Source of the DNA: an uncultured Paraburkholderia sp.
Lineage (GTDB): Bacteria; Pseudomonadota; Gammaproteobacteria; Burkholderiales; Burkholderiaceae
Assembly: GCA_966421005.1 (NCBI GenBank)
Contig: CBJLAJ010000011.1
Span: 10,202 to 74,201, forward strand
Length of the DNA: 64,000 nt
Direction: 5' to 3'
Positions 35,162 through 45,227 of this stretch are shown here, in pieces. Position 1 is the first letter of the stretch; each line of letters begins with the position of its first letter. A model generated the notes under the pieces. It saw only the letters and a program-made list of their open reading frames with translations, searched no databases and had not been told where the DNA came from. The position numbers and the translations under genes were made by a program.

Positions 35162-36904
35162 TTATTGAGCGACGGGCAGGGCAAAACCGTTCAATTGCCC
35201 GCTTTCGACGAGACGTTGGATCAACCCTTGCCGCGGTGCGCTACGGTCCCACGAAGCATGGGTGTTTTCTCCGATGACGAGCTGTGACATCCCCCGATTG
35301 TCGGCAAGAACGGCAGGCCAATTGGGAACGGCGCCCGCGGCTGTTGCTGTCACGCCGTTTTCCGATGACGCCGCCCCATCGCCTGACGTTGCCCCATTCG
35401 GATTGCCCGTCTTCACGAACTGCTCGATGTAGCGCGAGAACATGCGCGAGACGTCGTAGTCCGCGGCTGTCCACGCGTACTGTCGCAGGTGGTCCAGATT
35501 GCCGAGCGAGTAGGCGACTTGCGCGTTGTGCGTCGCGCCGGGCGCGGGTTGGTCGGGCTGCACTGCCTCCGTCGATGCTTTCAGCTCCACTGGCAGCGGC
35601 TGCGTGTAGCGGTAGTAGAAAACGGGCGATTGTCCGGTTTGCCGATGGTGGTCCATCCACCGCCATGTGCTGTGGTTGATGAATAGATCTCCGGCCAGCG
35701 CGGCAGCCGCGTGCTTGACCTCCTCCGTATCGTTGCCGGGATAATGCGCGAGCACTTCTTGAGCGTGGTCCTTGAAGTCCGTTTGAATCGTCTCGCGCCA
35801 GTTTTCCGGCGTTGGGGCCGCTTTGCCAAGCAGGGCGGTGAATGGCTGTTCTTGTGCGTTGGAGCCCACGAGGAGGGGCACCTGCGCCTGGCCACCGCTG
35901 GCGAACGTCTGCTCCGGTGAGGCAGGAAGGAAGTGGCCGTCGACATGCGGCCAGAAAACGGGCGAGCCGGGCGCGAACTTGAGCTGTGTGGACGCCGTGA
36001 GCAACGTGCGCGCCGGCAACGAGCGCAGCTGCTGCAGCGACGCCGCGCCGACGCGCGTCGAGAACTGTGCCGCGGCCTCGACCGCCTGCTCGCGCGTCCA
36101 GACACGATTCGGCGCGAACGCGCCACCGCTCTCGCCGATTGCCCTCGCGAAGAGTCCGCGCGAGAGCGGCGAAACCATGTGAGTGCTCACCGCGACCGAT
36201 CCGGCCGCATTGCCGGCGATCGTGACTTGCGACGGATCGCCGCCGAACTGGGCGATGTTGTCTCGTACCCAGCGCAGCGCGGCGACTTGATCCAGCAGGC
36301 CGTAGTTGCCGGTTGTACCGTTCGGCGATTCCTTTGCCGCATCGGATGAGGCGAGGAATCCGAATACGCCCAGCCGGTAGTTGACCGTCACCGCGATGAC
36401 CCCGCGCGAGGCCATATTCGCACCATCATAGCGAGGCTCCGAGCCATCCCCCGAGACGAACCCGCCACCGTGGAAATAGACGAGCACGGGCAATTTGGCC
36501 TCCGCGTTGCTCGCCGGTGTCCACACGTTCAGGTAGAGGCAGTCCTCGCTCATTTCTTTCGACCGGAAATCCGGCTTGACGGCGCCGGCGGGCGTGGTCT
36601 GCATACAGCGAGGCGCGAACTGGCGAGCTTTCAGCACGCCGGCCCAGCGGGCGACGGGTTGCGGCTCGCGAAAGCGGAAGTCGCCGACGGGCGGCGCGGC
36701 ATAGGGAATGCCGCGAAAGACGCGCACATCCTTGTGTTGACCGCGCATTTTGATGCCCTCGACGACGCCGTCCGCAAGCCGGACTTCGGGCGCCAGTGGC
36801 GCGCGGATGGCATGGGCGCTGGGCGCGATGCACAAGAGGGAACCGCTGGCGGCGAGCGCCGCTACGACGGTACGTTGGGTGACACGATTGATCGAAACTC
36901 TCAC
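35162..36904 (-). CDS. Secreted type-B carboxylesterase-like protein (paralog 2, nucleophile Ser replaced: GNAAG)
   Basis: AAAGGAGG RBS then GTG at 36904; signal peptide; FRGIPYAAPP, SEDCLYLNVW, HGGGF, GNYGLLDQ, TIAGNAAGS, GATHNAQ. Confidence 0.9.
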   Translation of the reverse strand: MRVSINRVTQRTVVAALAASGSLLCIAPSAHAIRAPLAPEVRLADGVVEGIKMRGQHKDVRVFRGIPYAAPPVGDFRFREPQPVARWAGVLKARQFAPRCMQTTPAGAVKPDFRSKEMSEDCLYLNVWTPASNAEAKLPVLVYFHGGGFVSGDGSEPRYDGANMASRGVIAVTVNYRLGVFGFLASSDAAKESPNGTTGNYGLLDQVAALRWVRDNIAQFGGDPSQVTIAGNAAGSVAVSTHMVSPLSRGLFARAIGESGGAFAPNRVWTREQAVEAAAQFSTRVGAASLQQLRSLPARTLLTASTQLKFAPGSPVFWPHVDGHFLPASPEQTFASGGQAQVPLLVGSNAQEQPFTALLGKAAPTPENWRETIQTDFKDHAQEVLAHYPGNDTEEVKHAAAALAGDLFINHSTWRWMDHHRQTGQSPVFYYRYTQPLPVELKASTEAVQPDQPAPGATHNAQVAYSLGNLDHLRQYAWTAADYDVSRMFSRYIEQFVKTGNPNGATSGDGAASSENGVTATAAGAVPNWPAVLADNRGMSQLVIGENTHASWDRSAPRQGLIQRLVESGQLNGFALPVAQ

Positions 36905-36993
36905 TGTCTTGCCTCCTTTGTGGTTGAACAGTGGGTCCATGACCCCACCGTCGGGTGGGAGGCTCGATCATTGGCGTCGAAAAAATCGGGGCG

Positions 36994-37019
36994 CGTCTCG
37001 ATTTTTCGAATCGGACGAA
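36994..37019 (-). promoter_or_regulatory. Upstream motif shared with esterase paralog 1 (TTCGTCC-GA-TTCGAA-AAATC-GAGACG, sense strand)
   Basis: 19/26 ungapped identity to 25611-25636; about 90 nt upstream of the start codon. Confidence 0.55.
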
Positions 37020-37114
37020 GTAACGTGTCATCAGTTTGGCTTTTGGCGCGAACCAGTGGTCAGTGGGCTGGCCCGTCGCTCGCCGATGGTCGGCCTTGCG
37101 GGAGGATCGCTCGT

Positions 37115-37132
37115 TGTAGTAACATCACTACA
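37115..37132 (+). promoter_or_regulatory. Probable TA autoregulatory operator
   Basis: Perfect inverted repeat TGTAGT-N6-ACTACA 27 nt before the antitoxin start. Confidence 0.6.
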
Positions 37133-37159
37133 TTCTGTTGATCCGACGGGAGACCTTCC

Positions 37160-37414
37160 GTGACAATCACCACGTTATCGAGCCGTGAGCTTAATCAAGA
37201 CGTGACGCGCGCGAAGAAGGCGACGAAAGACGGTCCCGTATTCATTACGGATCGGGGGCGACCGGCCCATGTGCTCTTGAGTTTCGAGGAATATCAAAAG
37301 CTAATCGGGCGGCATCGCAACATCGCTGACGCTCTTTCTATGCCAGGAGTCGAAGATATCGAATTCGAGCCGCCGCGAGCTCGGATCGAATCAAAACCGG
37401 CGGACTTCAAATGA
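37160..37414 (+). CDS. Phd/YefM family antitoxin
   Basis: SSRELNQD..RAKKAT..GPVFITDRGRPAHVLLSFEEYQ; overlaps the PIN toxin start (ATGA). Confidence 0.9.
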   Translation: MTITTLSSRELNQDVTRAKKATKDGPVFITDRGRPAHVLLSFEEYQKLIGRHRNIADALSMPGVEDIEFEPPRARIESKPADFK

Positions 37415-37833
37415 TGTTCGTGCTCGACACCAATGTCGTTTCGGAATTGCGGAAAGTCAAAGCAGGCAAGGCGGATGTCAATGTAACGGCGTGGGTGGCA
37501 AGCGTTGACGCAGCTTGGTTGTTTATTTCAGCCATCACCGTCATGGAACTCGAGACGGGGGTTCTTCAGGTTGAGCGGAAGGACGCGAGCCAGGGCGCGC
37601 TGCTGAGAAACTGGCTCGATCACCATGTGTTGCCTGAGTTTGCCAGCCGCGTTTTGCCCATCGATATGTCCGTCGCGCAGCGATGTGCTCGATTGCATGT
37701 ACCGGATCGGCGATCGGAACGCGATGCCCTTATTGCAGCGACGGCGCTTGTGCATGGGATGGCGGTCGTTACGCGCAATGTATCCGACTTCGCACCGACG
37801 GGCGTCGAAATCGTGAATCCGTGGATGGTGTGA
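37411..37833 (+). CDS. vapC: PIN-domain (VapC family) toxin
   Basis: VLDTNVVSE, ELETG, RDALIAATALVH, VTRNVSDF. Confidence 0.93.
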   Translation: MMFVLDTNVVSELRKVKAGKADVNVTAWVASVDAAWLFISAITVMELETGVLQVERKDASQGALLRNWLDHHVLPEFASRVLPIDMSVAQRCARLHVPDRRSERDALIAATALVHGMAVVTRNVSDFAPTGVEIVNPWMV

Positions 37834-37867
37834 CGGGGCGACCGGTACAGCCGCCCCGCTCTTCATT

Positions 37868-39208
37868 TCACAGCACGTAACGCGACAAATCCTCACTTTG
37901 CGCGACGTCGCCGAGCGCCTTATCGACGTACGCGGCATCGATGCGCACCTTCTTGCCCGAGTGATTCCCGGCGGAGAAAGACACTTCCTCGAGCAGCTTT
38001 TCGATGACGGTATAAAGCCGCCGCGCGCCGATGTTCTCCGTACGTTCGTTCACGGAGTACGCGATTTCCGCCATGCGCCGGATACCGTCTTCACCAAATT
38101 CGAGCTCGACTGCCTCCGTTGCCAGCAGTGCCTGGTATTGCTTCACGAGGCTGGCGTCGGTTGCCACGAGAATCGATTCGAAATCCTCCACCGACAGCGA
38201 ATCGAGTTCGACGCGAATCGGGAAACGCCCCTGCAGTTCAGGAATGAGATCGCTCGGCTTCGAAAGATGAAATGCCCCGCTTGCGATGAAAAGGATATGG
38301 TCCGTCTTCACCATGCCATAACGGGTGTTGATCGTCGTGCCTTCCACCAGCGGAAGCAGGTCGCGCTGTACACCCTGGCGCGATACTTCGCCACCGCCGC
38401 CCTCGCTGTTACGCGATGCGATCTTGTCGATCTCGTCGAGAAACACGATGCCGTTTTGCTCGACGTTCTGAACTGCCTTCGCCTTGACCTCCTCCTCGTT
38501 GAGCATCTTCGATGCTTCTTCGTCAGTCAGCACCTTCAGCGCTTCCTTGACCTTCAGCTTGCGTCGCGTCTTCTTTCCGCCGCCAAGGTTGGCGAACATC
38601 GAGCGGATCTGCTCGGTCATGTCCTCCATGCCGGGCGGGCCCATGATGTCCATGCCGACTTGCGGCAGCTCGACATCGAGCTCGATTTCCTTGTCATCGA
38701 GCAGGCCCTCGCGCAGGCGTTTGCGAAAGGTCTGACGCGTTGCATTGTCTTCGCCCGCCTCATTCGAGTGCGAACCGAAACCTACGGGGCGCGCGCTCGG
38801 CAGCAGAATGTCGAGGATGCGATCCTCGGCTTGATCCTGTGCCTTCGAACGCACCTTGCGCATCTCGAATTCGCGTGTCTGCTTCAGCGAAATTTCGATG
38901 AGATCTCGCACGATGCTGTCGACGTCCCGGCCGACATAGCCCACCTCGGTGAACTTCGTAGCTTCGATCTTGATGAAGGGCGCATCTGCGAGCTTCGCGA
39001 GGCGTCGCGCGATCTCGGTCTTGCCGACGCCCGTCGGCCCGATCATCAGAATGTTTTTTGGCGTGATTTCCTGGCGCAACGGCTCCGCAACCTGCTGACG
39101 GCGCCAGCGATTGCGCAGTGCAACAGCCACTGCCTTTTTCGCCTTGTGCTGTCCGATGATGTGCTTGTCGAGTTCCGAGACGATCTCGGCCGGTGTCATG
39201 GTGCTCAT
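37868..39208 (-). CDS. hslU: ATP-dependent protease ATPase subunit HslU
   Basis: [44 protein letters not shown]. Confidence 0.97.
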   Translation of the reverse strand: MSTMTPAEIVSELDKHIIGQHKAKKAVAVALRNRWRRQQVAEPLRQEITPKNILMIGPTGVGKTEIARRLAKLADAPFIKIEATKFTEVGYVGRDVDSIVRDLIEISLKQTREFEMRKVRSKAQDQAEDRILDILLPSARPVGFGSHSNEAGEDNATRQTFRKRLREGLLDDKEIELDVELPQVGMDIMGPPGMEDMTEQIRSMFANLGGGKKTRRKLKVKEALKVLTDEEASKMLNEEEVKAKAVQNVEQNGIVFLDEIDKIASRNSEGGGGEVSRQGVQRDLLPLVEGTTINTRYGMVKTDHILFIASGAFHLSKPSDLIPELQGRFPIRVELDSLSVEDFESILVATDASLVKQYQALLATEAVELEFGEDGIRRMAEIAYSVNERTENIGARRLYTVIEKLLEEVSFSAGNHSGKKVRIDAAYVDKALGDVAQSEDLSRYVL

Positions 39209-39215
39209 CGTGTCC

Positions 39216-39752
39216 TCACTCGATCGTCTCGATGACGCGGTTGTGGTTGGTGTAAATGCACATGTCGCCGGCGATGGAGAGCGATTTTTCGACGATATCG
39301 CGCGGGGACAGATCGGTGTTCTCGGCCAGCGCGCGGGCCGCGGCCTGCGCATAGGCGCCGCCCGAGCCGATTGCGCAAATGCCGCCCTCGGGATCGAGGA
39401 CATCTCCGTTGCCGGTGATCACGAGCGTCGTCTGCGCGTCGGCCGTGATCAGCATGGCTTCGAGGCGGCGCAGCATGCGGTCGGTTCGCCAGTCCTTGGC
39501 GAGCTCTACGGCCGCGCGAGTCAAGTTTCCCTGGTGTTTTTCGAGCTTCGCTTCGAAGCGATCGAGCAGAGAAAATGCATCCGCCGTGCCGCCGGCGAAG
39601 CCGACGAGCACTTTGTCGTTGTAAATGCGCCGGACCTTCCTCGCACCGCCTTTCATGACGATGTTGCCAAGCGTGACCTGGCCGTCCCCGCCTAGCGCGA
39701 CCTGGCTGCCGCGCCGCACGGAAACGATCGTCGTGCCGTGAAATTGCTCCAT
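39216..39752 (-). CDS. hslV: ATP-dependent protease subunit HslV
   Basis: [34 protein letters not shown]. Confidence 0.97.
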   Translation of the reverse strand: MEQFHGTTIVSVRRGSQVALGGDGQVTLGNIVMKGGARKVRRIYNDKVLVGFAGGTADAFSLLDRFEAKLEKHQGNLTRAAVELAKDWRTDRMLRRLEAMLITADAQTTLVITGNGDVLDPEGGICAIGSGGAYAQAAARALAENTDLSPRDIVEKSLSIAGDMCIYTNHNRVIETIE

Positions 39753-39872
39753 TCTCGTTCCTTGAAAAACGTCGAAAACGCCGCCGGCCATGGTCGCCGG
39801 ACGGAGGAATCGGGTGGTGGACGAGCGGCGGCGGGCGTCCGACCGCCGCTCATGCGACGCACATCGGATTCA

Positions 39873-39899
39873 TTTTAGGGCGAGTGCGGGTTTATCAAG
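39873..39899 (-). promoter_or_regulatory. Possible sigma32 promoter of hslVU
   Basis: Sense CTTGAT-N13-CCCTAAAA resembles CTTGAA-N13/14-CCCCATNT, but the -10 match is imperfect. Confidence 0.35.
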
Positions 39900-40047
39900 G
39901 GCCGAGCGCAACACGCATGCGGCGGCCACGGCTGAAGGGGCCAGAGTGCGCATCGAAGCCACAAACAAAAAGCGCGCGGAATACCGCGCGCCTCCTGAAA
40001 AGCAGCGTCAAGACGCGCGGCCTGCATCGCCGCGCGGGTGCGGCAGC

Positions 40048-40467
40048 TCAGTCGCCGAAAAGCTTTTGGCGCAATTCGCGGCGCTCCTGCGCCTCGAGCG
40101 ACAGCGTGGCCGTGGGGCGCGCAAGCAACCGCGGAATACCGATCGGTTCGCCCGTTTCCTCACACCAGCCATAATCGCCCGCGTCGATGCGCGCGAGCGA
40201 TTGCTGCACCTTCTTCAGCAGCTTGCGCTCGCGATCGCGCGTACGCAGCTCGAGCGCATGCTCTTCTTCGATCGTCGCGCGATCGGCCGGATCGGGCACG
40301 ATCACCGTTTCGCGCAGGTTCTCGGTAGTTTGGCCGGCATTGCGCAGAATTTCTGCCTGCAGCTGTTCGAGCCGGTTCTTGAAGAAGGCGAGCTGATCTT
40401 CATTCATGTAATCCTTGTCGCTCATCTTCAGGATTTCGGCTTCGGTCAAGAGTCGTTTCGTCGTCAT
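40048..40467 (-). CDS. dksA: RNA polymerase-binding factor DksA (one-Cys, non-zinc type)
   Basis: PDPADRAT coiled-coil tip; C-terminal CEETGEPIGIPRLLARPTATLS. Confidence 0.95.
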   Translation of the reverse strand: MTTKRLLTEAEILKMSDKDYMNEDQLAFFKNRLEQLQAEILRNAGQTTENLRETVIVPDPADRATIEEEHALELRTRDRERKLLKKVQQSLARIDAGDYGWCEETGEPIGIPRLLARPTATLSLEAQERRELRQKLFGD

Positions 40468-40972
40468 CTGCGTGCTTCTTCAATGTGAGGCAAAACCCAT
40501 ACATATTGCCCGCACTTTCGTGTTGCCCGCAAGCGGCGCACATTGCGCCACTCGGCTCGTCTGGCAGTCGTGACGGCCAGCGCCCATGCGGGGCCGAACT
40601 CCTCTGGAAACCGATCCTCGGATGCACTCCCGTTTCGATGAGGTGTCCCGATCCGGGCGTTTCGCTCTGAGGCCAAACCGGCATGAAGCACGGTTTCGCC
40701 CAGCGTTGCGCCCGGCCGTCCGCCTTGTCTTTTTCGTTCGGCGTTGCCCGGATCAGGTTTTCCGGCGCCGTTCGCCGCGCCCCGCGCGTATGGGGCGCGG
40801 GCTTCGCTGCATTCCTGGTCATTCTCCAGCGGGCACGTATTGTAACTGAATCGCCCTTCGGCACCGCAACAGAGAAAACCCTGCCGCGGGGCCCTATTAG
40901 CACGAAAATATAACGCGTGAAATTATAAAAAGCGAACTCCCGTTACCTGCCGACGAGCGGCATCGTACACGC

Positions 40973-42052
40973 TCAAGCCAAACAGGCGTCAAGACCATCG
41001 GTAATCAGATCCTGCGGCAGATCGATGCCGATGAAGACCATCTTGTTGGTCTTCTTCTCGGCCGGCAGCCATTTGGCGGCCAGATCGCTGCCCATCATCT
41101 GATGGACGCCCTGGAATACGACTTTGCGATCCACTCCTTTCATATAGAGCACGCCCTTGTAGCGCAAGAGCCGCTCACCGTAGATTTGCAGCACGCCGCC
41201 GAGAAAATCTTCGAGCTTGTTCGGATCGAAAGGACGGTCGTTGCGATAGACGAACGATTTGATCCTGTCGTCGTGATGGGCGTGATGATGGTGATGCGCA
41301 TGTCCGTGCTCGCCATGCTCGCATTGACCGTGGTCGTGATCGCAATGGGCATGATCGTGCTCGTCGTGGCCATGATCGCGATGAGCGTGATCGTGGTCGT
41401 CTTCAGCCAGGAAATCCGGATCGATTTCGAGTTTGGCGTTCAGATTGAAGCCGCGCAGATCGAATATTTCCTTGATATCGGCATCTCCGAAATTGACGGT
41501 TTTGATCGTCGCCTTCGGATTCATATGAACGAGCCGGTGGCGCAGGTCGGCCAATGTCGCTTCGTCGACGAGATCGGACTTCGTAATGAAGAGGCGATCG
41601 GCGAAGCCGACCTGGCGTTGCACGACCTCGTGTTCGTCGAGTTGGGCGTTGGCGTGCTTCGCATCGACGAGCGTGATGATCGCGTCGAGCATGAATTCGT
41701 CGGCGATCTGCGTATCGATGAAGAACGTCTGGGCAACCGGGCCGGGATTGGCGAGACCCGTAGTCTCGATGACGACGCGGTCGAACGAAATCTCGCCCGA
41801 ACGTTTGCGCTCGCCCAGATCGCCCAGCGCGCGCGCCAAGTCGCCGCGAATCGTGCAGCAGATACAGCCATTGCTCATCTGCACGATCTGCTCGGCTTCG
41901 TTCTGTACGAGGATTTCGTTGTCGATGTTCTCTTCGCCGAACTCGTTTTCGATCACGGCGATCTTCATACCGTGTTTTTCGCTCAGGATGCGCTTGAGCA
42001 GCGTGGTTTTGCCGCTGCCGAGAAAGCCCGTCAGGATGGTGACTGGAATCAT
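40973..42052 (-). CDS. COG0523/CobW family metallochaperone GTPase
   Basis: TGFLGSGKTT, NEFGE, GCICC, ETTGLA; His-rich linker; CobW_C (RYKGVL). Confidence 0.93.
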   Translation of the reverse strand: MIPVTILTGFLGSGKTTLLKRILSEKHGMKIAVIENEFGEENIDNEILVQNEAEQIVQMSNGCICCTIRGDLARALGDLGERKRSGEISFDRVVIETTGLANPGPVAQTFFIDTQIADEFMLDAIITLVDAKHANAQLDEHEVVQRQVGFADRLFITKSDLVDEATLADLRHRLVHMNPKATIKTVNFGDADIKEIFDLRGFNLNAKLEIDPDFLAEDDHDHAHRDHGHDEHDHAHCDHDHGQCEHGEHGHAHHHHHAHHDDRIKSFVYRNDRPFDPNKLEDFLGGVLQIYGERLLRYKGVLYMKGVDRKVVFQGVHQMMGSDLAAKWLPAEKKTNKMVFIGIDLPQDLITDGLDACLA

Positions 42053-42183
42053 TGTGAATCGCCTGTTGTTCGATGAAATCGGGGCCGGTACAGCCCGGCG
42101 CCATAGCCTCGGAAATAGTGAAGCATACCTGTCAAGCGGGTCCTTCCGCTCGGGGCCTCCCTCGCGCGGGAAAATGCGGGCGC

Positions 42184-43470
42184 TCAAGGAATTTGCAACA
42201 GCAGCCCCTTCAGATATTCGCCCTCCGGAAACGACGCCAGCAACGGGTGATCGAGGCCCGTGCCGAGCCGCTTGAGGATGCGCGCATCCACGCGCGCATC
42301 CGACGCGGCGCCGGCCACGATCTTCTGAAACAGCTCAGCATCGATCGCGCCCGAACACGAGTAGGTGAAAAGCAGCCCGCCCGGGCGCAGTAAGCGGAAT
42401 CCGGACAGATTGATGTCCTTGTAGGCGCGCGCCGCCCGGTCCACGTGCTCGCGGGCCGGCGCGAACTTCGGCGGATCGAGCACGACCAGATCGAAGCGCT
42501 CGCCTTCGTCCGCGAGGCGTCGCAGTGTGCGAAACGCGTCGGCATCGAGCCATTCGGCGCGCTCGGCGTCAAAGCCGTTCGCCTGGACGTTCGCGCGTGC
42601 GAGCGCGAGCGCTTCTCCCGACGAATCGATCGACACCACACGCCGTGCGCCGCCCTTCAACGCCGCCAGCGAAAACCCGCCCGTGTAGCAAAAGCAGTTG
42701 AGCACATCGCGCTCGGCCGCGTAGTCCTGCACGAGCGCGCGGTTTTCACGCTGGTCGACATAAAAGCCGGTCTTGTGACCGTTGCGGACATCGACGCGAT
42801 AACGCACACCGTTTTCGCTGACGATGAGCTCATCGTCCGGCGCGGCCCCGGCCAGCACGCCCGTCGTTTGCGCGAGCCCTTCCTTTTCGCGGATCGAGAC
42901 GTCCGAGCGCTCGTAGACGTTCGGGCAGCCCGTCGCACCGACGAGGGCCGCAACGATCGCGTCTTTCCATGCTTCCACGCCCGCTGCCATGAACTGGCAG
43001 ACGATCTGTCCATGCGCCGCGGCTTCATCGCCGGAAAGCGGCAGGCGGTTCGCCGGCGTATGGGTGGCTGCGCGGGAGTCTATCGACGCTTGGGCGGCCG
43101 CCGTTGCGACATCGGGAACGTAATAGTCGACAACGAGCCCCGGCAGGCCGTCCGCTTCGCCGAAGACGAGCCTCACGGCGCCGGTGTCGCGCACGAACGA
43201 CCGGCGATGGGCGAGCGCATGCTGCACGCGGCGTTTGAAGAAGGCATGATCGATGGGCTCGGCCTCGTCGAAGCTCCAGGCGCGCAGACGGATCTGCGAG
43301 TGGGGGCTGTAGGCGGCACGCGCGAGAAAGCGTCCATCGTGCGCGCGCACGACGACGGTCGCGCCCGAGGCGGGTTTGCCGTCGATTCGTTCGATTGCGT
43401 TCGCGTACACCCACGGGTGCCGGCGCAGCAGCGATTTTTCCTTCGACGGTTTCAGCGTTACTGTATTCAT
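42184..43470 (-). CDS. rlmI: 23S rRNA m5C1962 methyltransferase RlmI-like
   Basis: PUA domain RRHPWVY, GEADGLPGL, HKTGFYVDQR, FCYTGGFS, VLDPPKF, YSCSG. Confidence 0.88.
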   Translation of the reverse strand: MNTVTLKPSKEKSLLRRHPWVYANAIERIDGKPASGATVVVRAHDGRFLARAAYSPHSQIRLRAWSFDEAEPIDHAFFKRRVQHALAHRRSFVRDTGAVRLVFGEADGLPGLVVDYYVPDVATAAAQASIDSRAATHTPANRLPLSGDEAAAHGQIVCQFMAAGVEAWKDAIVAALVGATGCPNVYERSDVSIREKEGLAQTTGVLAGAAPDDELIVSENGVRYRVDVRNGHKTGFYVDQRENRALVQDYAAERDVLNCFCYTGGFSLAALKGGARRVVSIDSSGEALALARANVQANGFDAERAEWLDADAFRTLRRLADEGERFDLVVLDPPKFAPAREHVDRAARAYKDINLSGFRLLRPGGLLFTYSCSGAIDAELFQKIVAGAASDARVDARILKRLGTGLDHPLLASFPEGEYLKGLLLQIP

Positions 43471-43479
43471 GAATCGCAA

Positions 43480-44409
43480 TTAATCGCGCTTTTTCGCGCG
43501 GGGATGAGCGGTGTCGTAGACCTGCGCGAGATGCTGAAAATCGAGCGACGTGTAAATTTGCGTCGCCGCCACGCTTGCATGGCCGAGCAGCTCCTGCACG
43601 GCCCGCAAGTCGCCGCTCGATTGAAGCAGGTGCGTCGCAAACGAGTGGCGCAGAACGTGCGGATGGACATTCGCCGGAATGCCTGCCGCCAACGCCATGC
43701 GCTTGATGCGCTCGCGCACGACATTCGGCGACATGCGCGCGCCACGCGAAGAGAGAAAGAGCGGATGCGGATCGAGCCTGACGAGCTGCCCACGCACGGC
43801 GAGCCATGCCTCGAGCGCCGCTATCGCTTTCTTGCCGACCGGTACGGAGCGTTGCCGCTTGCCTTTGCCGAGCACCGTGACTTCAGCGGTATCGAGGCTA
43901 AGCCAGCCCGCGGAGCGATATCCATCGCCTTCGGCGAACACCGCATCGAGCCCGACGAGTTCCGCCAAGCGCAATCCCGACGAATAAAAAAGCTCGAGGA
44001 TCGCCTGGTCGCGCAGCTCTTCGGCACTTTCGGCGGTGCCGGCTTCCATCAGCGCATTGGCGTCGTCGACGGACAACGCTTTGGGCAGGCGCTTCGGCTG
44101 TTTGGGCGCGCGCACCGCGGCGACCGGGTTGGCCGGCAATTCGATGCGTTCGGCGAGCCATCGATAAAACGCACGCCAGGCCGACAGCCGGTGGGCGATC
44201 GAGCGCGCGGATAACCCGCTGCTATGCGCGCGCGCAACCGCCGAGCGGATATCTGTCGCCGAGAGGCTCGCCAGTGCGCGCCCATTGGCGAGCGCGGTCA
44301 ACGTCTCGAGTTCATGTGCATAGCTGCGTAGCGTGTGCTCGGATAGGCGCCGCCCGTGGGCGAGGCTCTCGAGATACGCGGCGATCAGTGCGGTGTCGGC
44401 CGGCTGCAT
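43480..44409 (-). CDS. xerC: Chromosomal tyrosine recombinase XerC
   Basis: SSGLRLAEL, GKGKRQR, HVLRHSFATH, LGH, TQIY; dapF-DUF484-xerC synteny. Confidence 0.95.
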   Translation of the reverse strand: MQPADTALIAAYLESLAHGRRLSEHTLRSYAHELETLTALANGRALASLSATDIRSAVARAHSSGLSARSIAHRLSAWRAFYRWLAERIELPANPVAAVRAPKQPKRLPKALSVDDANALMEAGTAESAEELRDQAILELFYSSGLRLAELVGLDAVFAEGDGYRSAGWLSLDTAEVTVLGKGKRQRSVPVGKKAIAALEAWLAVRGQLVRLDPHPLFLSSRGARMSPNVVRERIKRMALAAGIPANVHPHVLRHSFATHLLQSSGDLRAVQELLGHASVAATQIYTSLDFQHLAQVYDTAHPRAKKRD

Positions 44410-44449
44410 GGCATTCGCGCGGATTGTCTCGATGCGGCCGGCAGCCGGC

Positions 44450-45181
44450 TCAGCGTGCAAGCAGGCGGCTCGTCGCGGCGCTCGCGAGCGTGCCGATCTG
44501 CATCAGGAAGTCCGTCGCCATGCCTTCGTGAAAGCGGCGCGGATCGGGCGAGCCCATGACGAGCAGTCCGAACGCGGGGGCGCTTTCTTCCGCCTGCGGA
44601 TCGCGCAGCGCAAGCAGCACGACGGACTGGATGCCGCCTCCTTCGCCCGAACCCGCCGCGGTGCCGGCCTCGTCAGCCGCGGTGGCGGCGCTTGCCTGCG
44701 CGCCGGCGCCAAGCCATTGCGCGGCTTCAAAGCCGGTGTTCGCGCCGCAGTAAGGGGCGCCGAGGCTATTGGCGAAGATGCGGACTTCTTCCCCGACCTG
44801 ACGCGCGAACTCGGCCTGCGCATAGGCATCGGCTACGTCCCAGAGGCGCAAGGCCGCATGCGGCACGTCGAAGACTTCTGTCAGGCCGTGCGTGACGGTA
44901 CGCGGCAGCGCGTGGGTATCGCGTTCGGCAATGACGCGCGCCGTCCAGCGGTTGAACTTCGCGGCGATGCTGTCGTTCTCGTGCCCATAGCGCAGCAGTT
45001 CGGCGAGACGCCTTTCGAGCAGCTTGTTCTTTTCGCGCAACATTTCCATTTGCCGCTCTTGCAGCGACACGGCGGCTTTGCCGTGAGGATTCGCGAGTCG
45101 CACGGCCGCAAGCAGCTCGGCGTGTTGCACGAAGAATTCGGGGTTGGCGAGCAGATATTCGGCGACTTCGCGATCGTTCAT
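44450..45181 (-). CDS. DUF484 (YigA-like) protein
   Basis: VAEYLLANPEFF, VSLQERQ, GSPDPRRFHEGMATDFL. Confidence 0.9.
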   Translation of the reverse strand: MNDREVAEYLLANPEFFVQHAELLAAVRLANPHGKAAVSLQERQMEMLREKNKLLERRLAELLRYGHENDSIAAKFNRWTARVIAERDTHALPRTVTHGLTEVFDVPHAALRLWDVADAYAQAEFARQVGEEVRIFANSLGAPYCGANTGFEAAQWLGAGAQASAATAADEAGTAAGSGEGGGIQSVVLLALRDPQAEESAPAFGLLVMGSPDPRRFHEGMATDFLMQIGTLASAATSRLLAR

Positions 45182-45227
45182 GGTGTAGATGTTTGGCGGA
45201 TGGTAAGCGCGTGGGCGGCGGGGCGGG

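Noticed and set aside
43480-44409. Tyrosine recombinase as a mobile-element integrase
   Set aside because: It sits in the conserved dapF-DUF484-xerC operon, so it is chromosomal XerC.
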